A stretch of 64,000 nt of DNA from an uncultured Candidatus Saccharibacteria bacterium (lineage in GTDB: Bacteria; Patescibacteriota; Saccharimonadia; Saccharimonadales; JAGQNJ01): NCBI GenBank assembly GCA_964577565.1, contig CAZNZL010000001.1, positions 78,566 to 142,565 of the forward strand, read 5' to 3'. Both the position numbers and the translations under genes were made by a program. This document shows, one piece after another, positions 28,093 to 37,191 of this stretch. The notes beneath the pieces are model-generated. The model did not search any database, had not been told where the DNA came from, and saw only the letters and a list, made by a program, of their open reading frames with translations. The stretch's first letter is position 1, and every line of letters starts with the position of its first letter.

Positions 28093-28936
28093 CGCTAAGT
28101 CCTTTTAATGCCCTGCCAGTTGAGACGTGCGCTCTCCTCACGCATTCCTCGGTTTTTTCATTGCAAATAATTTTCTCAATAGCCACACAGGCGCTGAAAG
28201 TATCTCCTCCTCCAACTGGATTTATGATCCTCGTAACAGGAATGGGAATGGTAGATATATGTTTTGTACTATTGACGTCAACAAGCGTAGCGCCTTTGCC
28301 GGCTTGTGTAACTATCACCTCAAGATGCGTATTGATGGAAGCCCATTTCGATGCTTGAGAAATTGCATTTTCGGTATCCTCTTCAGACAAGATTATTAAA
28401 TTAAACCACTTAGCAAGTGAATCTATTTCCTTAAACGCCCGTGGGCTAATTGTGCCGTTTGCGTTAATATTGCGCATATATCCCTGAGGGAGCAATACTT
28501 TTAAGGCTCTAGAATTCGCATGCTTCATTAGGTCCGAAACATACTCGGCGTTATATTGCGGGGTCATTGGTGAAACGATTATAAGTTCACTCTCTTTTAT
28601 GCTTCTCGTGATGTGGCTATTGATCGGAGGCAAACTGTAATTTGGGGGTAGTTCACAAAATTGCGTTCTTTTTCCTGCTTGAACTATATTTCTGTAATGT
28701 AACGTTTTCGAAGATGTTGACTTGTTGAGTATTTTAATTGAAGCATCAATATACTCTAAGAAATCATTTCCATATGGACTAAATGCACTTACTACAAGTC
28801 CATATGTTTGATATAGATAATGAGCAATATACATGATCGATGAGCCCCATCCAGACATCTGTTTGCCTTCAATAGTATTGTTATCGATGCAAAGTTCGCC
28901 TGCTAAAAAGACCTTATGATTTTTAACTACTTGCAT
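28079..28936 (-). CDS. PfkB-like kinase
   Basis: C-terminal NPVGGGDTFSA matches PfkB signature 2. Confidence 0.6.
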   Translation of the reverse strand: MQVVKNHKVFLAGELCIDNNTIEGKQMSGWGSSIMYIAHYLYQTYGLVVSAFSPYGNDFLEYIDASIKILNKSTSSKTLHYRNIVQAGKRTQFCELPPNYSLPPINSHITRSIKESELIIVSPMTPQYNAEYVSDLMKHANSRALKVLLPQGYMRNINANGTISPRAFKEIDSLAKWFNLIILSEEDTENAISQASKWASINTHLEVIVTQAGKGATLVDVNSTKHISTIPIPVTRIINPVGGGDTFSACVAIEKIICNEKTEECVRRAHVSTGRALKGLSATAA

Positions 28937-29639
28937 AATCGTTATTTACAATTTTACCGAAAATAGCCCTGTGATCTGAAACATAACTTTTTAGACATAC
29001 TACTTCGTCAAAATCATAGCCATTATCCGGGATAACGATATAATCAAGGGTGCCGTTATCTTTGGGATAAGAAACATAAGGGGTAAATTCCGTACTTATT
29101 CTATAGTTATGTAAAATATTTTTGTAATTGTCTAGTTTATAGATATTAAAATCGCCTAAAATAATGGGCAGTATTCCTTTGTCATGCATTAAATTCATGG
29201 TTTGTTTTAACTGTCTTTCTGCCGCACGATCATTATTTTCAAAATGAACATTACAAATGTGCAGGCTTTTATCCTTAAATTTAATCTTGGATAATACGAT
29301 AATGGCCTGTTCATTATCCTCAGGGAGTTTTTCTAAAAATATAGCTTCTGACTCTAATATTGAATACTTTGAAAGTAGCGCCAACCCATGGTCGACGTTT
29401 CTCTTTTCTACGCCTTCAGTAATTACTTTTTTATGGGAGGGAACATAGATACGGTATTTGTAATCGCATAATTTTGCAATTATAGATGATTGAGGTTCCT
29501 GAAAGAACTTATCATCACTTCTTACTTCTTGAAGGGCAACAATATCGGGCTGCAGTTCATTCAAGATTCCAGTTATGTTATTTTTGCGATTAGACCAGTC
29601 ATTAAATCCCCAAAGGTTTAATGTCAATAACTTAATCAT
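28923..29639 (-). CDS. Endonuclease/exonuclease/phosphatase (EEP) family protein
   Basis: LTLNLWG, IVALQEV, GDFN and SDHRAI motifs. Confidence 0.75.
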   Translation of the reverse strand: MIKLLTLNLWGFNDWSNRKNNITGILNELQPDIVALQEVRSDDKFFQEPQSSIIAKLCDYKYRIYVPSHKKVITEGVEKRNVDHGLALLSKYSILESEAIFLEKLPEDNEQAIIVLSKIKFKDKSLHICNVHFENNDRAAERQLKQTMNLMHDKGILPIILGDFNIYKLDNYKNILHNYRISTEFTPYVSYPKDNGTLDYIVIPDNGYDFDEVVCLKSYVSDHRAIFGKIVNNDYASS

Positions 29640-31021
29640 TACATGATTATTTCTTTGTCTTTGTAATAACGCAAGGCTTTTTCTTTTGTTTCACGAGACG
29701 ATTTTGGGTTTCTCGTTATGAGTTTTAATAAGTAAGCACCCTTTTCATTTTCATAAAGCCACTCAGATAATTCAGAAAGCATTAGATCGCTCGTATCCGG
29801 TGAGCAAGCAACTGCCATTAGCCCACCCCACACTCGATCAATGGACTGCGACATTAAGCTTCTGGCTATAGCATCCATCTGCTGGGTATCTGGGCGTCTT
29901 CGCATTAGCATCCATGAAGAGAAAGATATTAATGATTGGGGATTATCAAGATCTGCATTTTGGATTATTTCAACAGTTCTTTTTACTAATTCATCTGTTG
30001 GTAAATCAATAATCTCCTTAAACGCCTCCTTATCAGGATGATTATTTAGTACCGCATTAAATAAGCTGTCGACACTAAATTCTATCTCTCGTCTCGCTGC
30101 CTTATAGGACTGGATGAAGTGGTTTGCATCTTTGTAGCCGAGTGCCACAAACTTATCTCTACAATAGTCGTAGATTAATCCAAGGCTGTGGTGAGATACA
30201 TATCTGCTGCGTCGATCACCCGTTTTATCAAAAACTGATATTGCAGCGTTCTTGACGGTGAATATTAAATTCACAGCCTCGATTGGAGGAGTTACTCCGT
30301 GGTTTTGATTGGCGGTTTTCATTACTGAAATAATTTCCGGCAAACTGCCCCTTGAGGCCGGGAATTCGCCAGTCTCGATTCTGCTCATCATGTTAAAAAA
30401 TATCGTATCCCTACTAGAACCGGTACTATACTTTAGATTCGGTCCCATATCGGTGGTTTTCTGAGTAAAATCAAAATAACGATAATAAAAATATTCGCAT
30501 AAGTTGTTTGCATGCTGTCTGTCTTGAGTATTAACTTCACGTATCATCTGACCAATCTCATCTGTTGGTACAGGCCCTATACCCCTTCCGTCAATGAATC
30601 TATTTGCGTCTACATATGAATATTGTAAAAGATCTCGCAGTCTATCCTTCGTAATATGGCCTATTTCAAATTTATCAACGCCGTAAACTATAATTTCATT
30701 TCTAGGCTGATCTTCGTCATCATAAACCACAAACAAATCGATATCTGAGTTTGGCATCATCTCTCTTCTGCCCATTGATCCACCAACCCAGAGCATGTTA
30801 CTGGGAAAATGTCTACTCAGTTCGGCTAAATAGTTCTCAGCTGCTTCCGACATTTCGAACATGGCATCGAAAACAGTAAACGATGGATCATTAAATAGCC
30901 TGTCTGCTACGTGCCTTCTTATATCTTGAAAGTCACTAGCTTGCATTTGTTCACGACTTAAACGTCCGCTATCGATATGTTCAATGCTATTCATTGCACA
31001 TATCCTCAACGATCTTTTCAT
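29639..31021 (-). CDS. Pol-beta-superfamily nucleotidyltransferase with large helical C-terminal domain
   Basis: GGSMGRREMMPNSDIDLFVV (GS...DxD) followed by about 330 aa of helical sequence. Confidence 0.6.
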   Translation of the reverse strand: MKRSLRICAMNSIEHIDSGRLSREQMQASDFQDIRRHVADRLFNDPSFTVFDAMFEMSEAAENYLAELSRHFPSNMLWVGGSMGRREMMPNSDIDLFVVYDDEDQPRNEIIVYGVDKFEIGHITKDRLRDLLQYSYVDANRFIDGRGIGPVPTDEIGQMIREVNTQDRQHANNLCEYFYYRYFDFTQKTTDMGPNLKYSTGSSRDTIFFNMMSRIETGEFPASRGSLPEIISVMKTANQNHGVTPPIEAVNLIFTVKNAAISVFDKTGDRRSRYVSHHSLGLIYDYCRDKFVALGYKDANHFIQSYKAARREIEFSVDSLFNAVLNNHPDKEAFKEIIDLPTDELVKRTVEIIQNADLDNPQSLISFSSWMLMRRRPDTQQMDAIARSLMSQSIDRVWGGLMAVACSPDTSDLMLSELSEWLYENEKGAYLLKLITRNPKSSRETKEKALRYYKDKEIIM

Positions 31022-32321
31022 ATTCCGTTAGAAGCGCGGCTAGCTGAGACGGCGAAAAAATATGATCATAATCTGAGAGTGAGCCCAGTGCATCCCTTGC
31101 ATCGGTGTCCATATCAAATCTATTAGCAACATTATCAATTGTGCTGGCATTATCTAGCCTTGAAATTTGACTAAGCTCTACTATTCCTTCAAAGAGTAGT
31201 ATATCCTTGAACATTTTAAGGCTATACTTTTTGAATTCTTGTGTATCTTCTGGCGATAACGCAGCCATAACTCTTAATCTTGATAAATATTCTCTCACAG
31301 TGATCATTAAAGAGGGTCTAATAGAATCAAGATCTAAACTGGTTACGATATCGGCATATATATTGTCGCCGTAAAGTATCTTGCCCTCTGCTAGAACCTG
31401 CATAAAGAACAGACCTTTAGTGCCATCATGAAATATGATATTTCCTTTTCTGTCGACTATATCCTTCAAGTACATAATACTAAGGTCAACATTAGGATAA
31501 TCCTTGAGGATTTTATTAAGCTCAATTGTAAGCGCAGTGCTTGGTTGATCTAATACAATTTGCACATCAAAATCCGACCTAGCGTGGACATCCTGTTTAT
31601 TTTTTCGAGAGCCAAACCAAATAACAGATTTTAGATGTGACCTAATGACTTCATTCTCGGCGAGCAGATAATTGATTTCCATTGGATCTATCATTTCTAT
31701 GTCAAGCTCATCAGGTCTAGCTCCTATTTGTTCAGGAATCCACAATTTGTCGGTTTTACTGAAGACGCTCAGTGATACATGATCTGGTCGGGTATTATAC
31801 GTTCGCTCATGGGTCCAATCTTCAAGATATGAGGCAAGTGCTCTAATTGCACCGCCATGCGTAAAGGCGAAAACAATGCCGTCACTCTGCTCGCTAGCGG
31901 TAGTTAGCCAATCAAACATTCTCTCTCCGACATCATTCATGGATTCACCATTAGGTGATCTAAAGTCTTTACCTAATTTTTCAATTTCCGCAACTTGAGA
32001 TTCTGTGAAAATTTCAGTTGCGACACTGCCCGTCCAGTCACCAGTATGCTGCTCTAAAAGCCTCTCATCCTCAATTCGATCAGCGTTAAGGCCCATTCCG
32101 GCCAGTGCAAAATGTCCCGTTTCGATTGCGCGCCTTGCAGTCGAAGTGTAGACGGCATCTGGGATTAAGCCGATTCTTCTTAAACTTAATCCCAAATCCC
32201 TTGCCTGTTGAATCCCCTGGTCTGTTAACGGTGCATCTAGGGCCTGACCAGCAATGGTGTTTGCTTGGATATTGTTCATAGCCTCACCGTGGCGAATAAG
32301 GTAAACACGGGCATCCGACAT
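30987..32321 (-). CDS. Fusion protein: histidine phosphatase (PGAM-like) + Pol-beta nucleotidyltransferase
   Basis: N-terminal LIRHGEAMNN and a later FTHGGAIRA; central FGSRKNKQDVHARSDFDVQIV (GS...DxD); helical tail. Confidence 0.6.
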   Translation of the reverse strand: MSDARVYLIRHGEAMNNIQANTIAGQALDAPLTDQGIQQARDLGLSLRRIGLIPDAVYTSTARRAIETGHFALAGMGLNADRIEDERLLEQHTGDWTGSVATEIFTESQVAEIEKLGKDFRSPNGESMNDVGERMFDWLTTASEQSDGIVFAFTHGGAIRALASYLEDWTHERTYNTRPDHVSLSVFSKTDKLWIPEQIGARPDELDIEMIDPMEINYLLAENEVIRSHLKSVIWFGSRKNKQDVHARSDFDVQIVLDQPSTALTIELNKILKDYPNVDLSIMYLKDIVDRKGNIIFHDGTKGLFFMQVLAEGKILYGDNIYADIVTSLDLDSIRPSLMITVREYLSRLRVMAALSPEDTQEFKKYSLKMFKDILLFEGIVELSQISRLDNASTIDNVANRFDMDTDARDALGSLSDYDHIFSPSQLAALLTEYEKIVEDMCNE

Positions 32322-32374
32322 AATAAGAAAAATTATAAACTAAAGTAGTTAAATAACAAAAAATATATTATTAC

Positions 32375-33427
32375 TTAAGAAAGATTGGTTATTTCGCTTG
32401 GGCTGAGTAGAGCTCCGTTATTGTTTGCGGATTCACGAGCGGTAATGGCTAAATTTAGCGCAATTCTAGCATCTTCAATACCTGGTGAAGGTAAAGTATT
32501 TTCTATAATAGAGGCTATAAATGCATCAATTTGGTTTCTATACGATTTTGCAAAAACATCAGTTACGGCTGGGGCTTTATCATTTTTTTGAATCACAGAA
32601 AAATTTTCAATGTTATTCTGACTAATTTTTATAATTCCATCTGTGCCGATGATTTCGAGGCCAATATCGTAGCCATATGTGGCATATCTGCTCCATTCGG
32701 TATTGATAACAATACCCTCCTTTGTAAGCATGGTTGTGATGGCGGTATCATAATCATCATAGTCTTTCAGCGCTTTATGATGGACAACTGCGCCAATTGC
32801 ACTTACTTGAGATATTTCCTGCCCCAGGATAAATCTAGCTGCATCATAATCATGGATGGCGGCATTTAAAAACAGTCCGCCATTCTTATCTATCCCCCAG
32901 TTTACAGGATTTGAAGCGTCAGGATCTCTACCGTATGCTTTATACATTAAAGGCTGGCCTATTTTGCCCGAACCAAGTAATTCTTTTGCTTTTATGAAGC
33001 GATCGTCCCACCTCCTTTGAAAGCCTATCTGGAAAGTTATATTTGCCTGACTGATTGTGGAGAGAACATTATCGGTTTCTTCCATCGTTAGACCTACTGG
33101 CTTTTCGGTGAATATTGCAATGCGGTGTTTGCTGGCTTCTTGAATGTGTTTTAGGTGCTCGGGTGTGCTCGAGGCGATAACTACCCCATCAAGACCAAAG
33201 TTAAAGAAATCCCGGACATTATTAAACGTGGCGCATTGATATAAGCTTTTTGCATTTTCAAGCTTGTCTTCGTCAAGATCACAAATGGCCGCTACGAATG
33301 CTTTTTTGGACTTTGAAACATTATTGGCATGAATTCCGCCTAATTTACCAAATCCAATAATACCAATTTTTAACATAGCTGAATGATAAAATGCCCTAGC
33401 ATTTAGTATATTTATATTGTTTAGCAT
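32375..33427 (-). CDS. Gfo/Idh/MocA family oxidoreductase
   Basis: KIGIIGFGKLGGIHA Rossmann motif and an EKP motif (FTEKPV). The probable start is the internal Met before KIGIIGFG. Confidence 0.8.
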   Translation of the reverse strand: MLNNINILNARAFYHSAMLKIGIIGFGKLGGIHANNVSKSKKAFVAAICDLDEDKLENAKSLYQCATFNNVRDFFNFGLDGVVIASSTPEHLKHIQEASKHRIAIFTEKPVGLTMEETDNVLSTISQANITFQIGFQRRWDDRFIKAKELLGSGKIGQPLMYKAYGRDPDASNPVNWGIDKNGGLFLNAAIHDYDAARFILGQEISQVSAIGAVVHHKALKDYDDYDTAITTMLTKEGIVINTEWSRYATYGYDIGLEIIGTDGIIKISQNNIENFSVIQKNDKAPAVTDVFAKSYRNQIDAFIASIIENTLPSPGIEDARIALNLAITARESANNNGALLSPSEITNLS

Positions 33428-33465
33428 TATATAATTAAGAGTAATCTAATACAACAATAAGGAGA

Positions 33466-34671
33466 ATGATGGCAGGCCCCGGCGCATATTATTTTGGCAA
33501 AGAAGAACGCAAAGAAGTAATGGACGTTTTATCAAGCGGACATTTATCCAGATATGGGGATCCTAATGACCCAGGATTCAAAAAAAAGGTGTATAAATTT
33601 GAGCAGGAATTCTCTGCATACTGTGAAAGTAAATATGCGGTCGCAACAAATTCTGGCACTGCATCTCTTTTAATCAGCTTGCTAGCTCTGGGGATTGGTC
33701 CCGGTGATGAAGTTTTAGTTCCTGGCTACACCTACGTAGCTTCAATATCATCGATCGTACATGCCAGGGCTACTCCAGTATTGGTTGAAATAGATGAGTC
33801 CCTAACAATAGACCCAGATGATATTGAAAGAAAAATAACCAATAATACAAGAGCAATTATGGTTGTACATATGCTTGGTAATCCGGCTGCAATGGATGCT
33901 ATATGCGCAATCGCTAAAAAGCATAAGCTACATATAATAGAGGATGGCTGTCAAGCTGCTGGCGCGTCATTTAGCGGTAAGAAAATTGGTTCCTTTGGAT
34001 CAACTGGCGCATTTTCGTTAAACCGGTACAAGAATATTGCGGCTGGCGATGGCGGAGTGGTTGTTACCGACGACGAAGAGTTATACAAACGACTTTTTGC
34101 TATACATGATCAAGGGCACACGCCTAATCGCATAGGAAAAGATGCAACAGGCAGTTTAGTTGGCTTAAACTTTAAGATGAATGAGCTAACGGGCGCTGTG
34201 GCACTGGCCCAACTTAGAAAACTCGATACCATGCTAAAAGTTTTAAGGCAAAATAAAGCAAAACTAAAAACGCTAATTGGTGAGATTCCAGGGGCTCAAT
34301 ACAGAAGAATCAATGACCCTAACGGAGAGTGTGCCACACTCTTATCGATAATTTTTGATGATAAAAGCAGAGCCGAAGAAGTTGCCGAAAGGTTAGCTAC
34401 GCGAACGCTTATTCATTCAGGGTGGCATGTTTACAGAAACATGAATCAAATTATTGAACATAAGACTCCGACAGAGAATTGGTCTCAACCTTCACGTTAT
34501 GCCCACCCTGGCGACCTTCCGATTACCGATGATATTCTATCGAGAACTATTAATCTCAGCATCGGCGTTGTTGATGCGGGCTTGGGCTCGGCTTTCGGTA
34601 TACATATTAACTCTAATGAGCAAGAAATACATAACGTAGCTGAAAAATTAAATAGGGTCCTAAAATCGTAA
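33466..34671 (+). CDS. DegT/DnrJ/EryC1/StrS family PLP-dependent aminotransferase
   Basis: NSGTASL, an HMLGNP-type region, and FSLNRYKNIAAGDGG (Lys-containing PLP motif). It is divergent from the oxidoreductase gene. Confidence 0.85.
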   Translation: MMAGPGAYYFGKEERKEVMDVLSSGHLSRYGDPNDPGFKKKVYKFEQEFSAYCESKYAVATNSGTASLLISLLALGIGPGDEVLVPGYTYVASISSIVHARATPVLVEIDESLTIDPDDIERKITNNTRAIMVVHMLGNPAAMDAICAIAKKHKLHIIEDGCQAAGASFSGKKIGSFGSTGAFSLNRYKNIAAGDGGVVVTDDEELYKRLFAIHDQGHTPNRIGKDATGSLVGLNFKMNELTGAVALAQLRKLDTMLKVLRQNKAKLKTLIGEIPGAQYRRINDPNGECATLLSIIFDDKSRAEEVAERLATRTLIHSGWHVYRNMNQIIEHKTPTENWSQPSRYAHPGDLPITDDILSRTINLSIGVVDAGLGSAFGIHINSNEQEIHNVAEKLNRVLKS

Positions 34672-34731
34672 CTTATTATGATCGGAGTTGTGTCCAAATC
34701 TATATACTAAGGTGTATGGTAATTTGGACAA

Positions 34732-35379
34732 ATGGCAAAGTTAGTGAGATATTATAGGCATATGCAACAATCAATTCCGTTTTTGAGATGGTTTGAAAAA
34801 GATAAAAAACGAAAAAGCAGTATTACTAGTGTTGCGCCGGAAGCACTATATGTATTTGTGATTGTTATGTCATTCAATTCTTGGCCAACGAAATTAAATA
34901 TGGTCAGTGATTACATATTCTTTGCGATATGGGCGTTAGTTGCAGGGATGTTGTTTGCCTTAGCGATAGACAACGAAAGAACAATGCTTCTCAAAAACGA
35001 GATGATAAGCAAGTTATTGCTCATTGTACTTGTATATCGGTTGGCTGAATCTGTTCGGCTCGAATCATTTAGCAATATTCCCGATGCACTCTTTGGCACG
35101 GTGATACTTGGAGGTTTTCCGTATCTCTTGTTTCAAATTTCTCAAGGTAAGTGGATAGGTGGAGGTGACGTAAAACTTGGTTTCGTTGCTGGATTATTAT
35201 TAGGCTGGAAACTGGCCCTAGTTGCACTAGCTTTATGGGTGATGTTCGGTTTACTGGCGTTTTTGTTGATCAAGGTATCTGAAACAAAAAGTAATTCTAG
35301 AATACCGAGTGGCGTCATATGGGTGGTAATAGTATTCGTCACCTTTTTATATGGTGAAAAGCTAATTAGTCTACTATAA
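34732..35379 (+). CDS. Prepilin peptidase (A24)-like membrane protein
   Basis: Multiple TM helices and GGGDVKLGFVAGLLLG (the second catalytic Asp motif of A24 peptidases). No N-terminal methyltransferase region. Confidence 0.5.
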   Translation: MAKLVRYYRHMQQSIPFLRWFEKDKKRKSSITSVAPEALYVFVIVMSFNSWPTKLNMVSDYIFFAIWALVAGMLFALAIDNERTMLLKNEMISKLLLIVLVYRLAESVRLESFSNIPDALFGTVILGGFPYLLFQISQGKWIGGGDVKLGFVAGLLLGWKLALVALALWVMFGLLAFLLIKVSETKSNSRIPSGVIWVVIVFVTFLYGEKLISLL

Positions 35380-35548
35380 ATTTACTTTTCGTGGTAGAGA
35401 AGCCTTCTATTCTGTCGTAATACATTCGTTTTAATGGGCCTGGGCCGTCCTTCTGGTAATAACAAATATGGTTACCACAATGCTCACAGCAAATATCGAG
35501 CATTCTTGACCATCCGCCACGAGCTTTCTTGTACTTATCGGTTTTCAT
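35366..35548 (-). pseudogene. Truncated duplicate of the zinc-ribbon gene
   Basis: The first ~55 codons are identical to 24143-24436. Homology then ends at the R1 boundary (35384) and the frame runs into unrelated sequence. Confidence 0.55.
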
Positions 35549-35654
35549 ATCTTAATTATCCCATAATTACTGATAAGGGTTTCAATTCTATTCTGGGTAT
35601 ACAAAAAGTCAGAACCATTTTCACAGTTCTGACTTCATCTTTTCTGGCTTGGCT
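35384..35654. repeat. Direct repeat R1, copy b (271 bp)
   Basis: See 24272-24542. Confidence 0.85.
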
Positions 35655-35667
35655 CCGGGGATAGGAT
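35648..35667. repeat. attL-like 20-bp direct repeat (copy of the tRNA-Asn 3' end)
   Basis: CTTGGCTCCGGGGATAGGAT is identical to 44719-44738. Confidence 0.75.
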
Positions 35668-35821
35668 ACGCTTCGCTTGCACGGATCTCGCTTGATCGGT
35701 GCAAGCACCTGCACGCTCAATCATGTACGAACCTTCGTTCGCTTTGCTCACTACAAGATTCTCATCTTCGCCATAAAAACAAATGAGTCTACCTAGAACA
35801 TAAAAGTTCGAGCCAGACTCG

Positions 35822-36008
35822 TGGCTCCGGGGAAAGGATGGATCAAAAAGATCCGCTGCGTCGCTTTCTCGAAGCTAGCTTCTGCGACAGCTCCTTGCGA
35901 GCGTACCTACGACCTTTCTGTCTGCTATCGCATCCAGGTTCGTAGTTTCAAACCCTACCCAACCAATGAAAAAACGACCCTACAAAAAGAGTCGCTTTTC
36001 CATGGCTC
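35822..36008. repeat. Direct repeat R2, copy b (187 bp)
   Basis: See 25000-25186. It starts TGGCTCCGGGGAAAGGAT and ends TGGCTC. Confidence 0.8.
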
Positions 36009-36122
36009 CGTCTAGTGGAAACTCTACGAACCGCCAGCAATAACTTTGAGGATTATGAGTTTGAGGATTTGGCAGCCGCTGTTAAGCAATATGAGCCTGA
36101 ACTTGCGTTATCGTTTAGCGAG

Positions 36123-36485
36123 TTATAAACCTTTGAACAACTGTTCAAGTGACATATCAAGTGATTTAGCGATTTTAAAGAGTGTAGATAGTGTTGGTTT
36201 TCTGCGACCTTGCTCTATAAAACCCATATGTGAGCGGTCTATACCACTATTAGCAGCCAGCTTTTCTTGGCTCATACCCTTATCATTACGCCCTTTAACA
36301 ATACGTTTGCCAAGCTCGGTATAGATGTGGTCAACAGATGATTGTTTCACATCTTTTAGCGTATTGCTTACAATTGTAAGTAACCACTGACAAATGTCAG
36401 CTAATGGTATATACTGATGACAATTGTAATCAAGAAAGGACAATTCGTTATGGCAGATAAAAGTAAAAATTGGTTCGTAAGGCAC
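36123..36485 (-). CDS. XRE-family HTH transcriptional regulator
   Basis: ELGKRIVKGRNDKGMSQEKLAANSGIDRSHMGFIEQGRRKPTLSTLFKIAKSL. The true start is probably the internal GTG near 36350, which would give a roughly 75-aa protein. Confidence 0.75.
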   Translation of the reverse strand: MPYEPIFTFICHNELSFLDYNCHQYIPLADICQWLLTIVSNTLKDVKQSSVDHIYTELGKRIVKGRNDKGMSQEKLAANSGIDRSHMGFIEQGRRKPTLSTLFKIAKSLDMSLEQLFKGL

Positions 36486-37025
36486 AAAATACTTACAGGT
36501 ATTTTGGTGTTAGTTGTACTTGGTGTGATTGTGAGTGCGGCAGGTGGTGGTACTGACACAAGCAATAACCAAGCAAACAACAGTGGTTCAAGTGACACCT
36601 CAGCGAGTGAAAAGCCAGCAGCTACAACTGCTAAGATTGGCGAGGCTGCACGGGACGGCAAGTTTGAGTTTACCGTTACTGCTTTCAAGTGTGGTGCTAA
36701 AACACTTGGCGATAATGAGTTTCTACGAGAGGAAGCCCAGGGTCAATTCTGTGTGATGGACGTAACTGTTAAGAACATTGGCAACGAGGCTCAAACTTTC
36801 TTTACATCTGAACAAAAAGTTAAAAATGCAGAGGGACAAGAGTTTTCTAATGACACCTCAGCAGAAATTGCCGTTGCAGGCGGCGATGCTTGGGTAAACG
36901 AGATAAACCCAGGTAACACAGCTAAGGGTAAAGTAGTGTTTGATGTGCCTGCTGACGCAACTATCGTTTCAGCTGAACTACACGACAGCTCATTCTCAAA
37001 TGGCGTTGAAGTAAAACTGAACTAG
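36450..37025 (+). CDS. DUF4352-like secreted/membrane-anchored protein
   Basis: Start taken at MADKSKNWF (GAAAGGA upstream). TM helix, a Ser/Thr/Asn-rich linker, then FEFTV...CVMDVTVKNIGNEAQ...GKVVFDVP, typical of DUF4352. Confidence 0.65.
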   Translation: MADKSKNWFVRHKILTGILVLVVLGVIVSAAGGGTDTSNNQANNSGSSDTSASEKPAATTAKIGEAARDGKFEFTVTAFKCGAKTLGDNEFLREEAQGQFCVMDVTVKNIGNEAQTFFTSEQKVKNAEGQEFSNDTSAEIAVAGGDAWVNEINPGNTAKGKVVFDVPADATIVSAELHDSSFSNGVEVKLN

Positions 37026-37191
37026 CACCCTAATTACAGGTTGGACAAAACTTAGGCAAGTCTTAGGCAGATTTGCCTATTTTTGTGTCAAGGTATAGGG
37101 GGGTACTGCCCCTTAGTTCCCAGATTTGGGATACCGCATATGAAATACCGAATTTTTTCGGCTGCAAAAATACCAACGTTTTTTTGGTCGG

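Noticed and set aside
36046-36324. 92-aa (+) ORF overlapping the XRE regulator gene.
   Set aside because: It is antisense to a gene with a clear HTH motif and has Ser/Leu-rich low-complexity composition.
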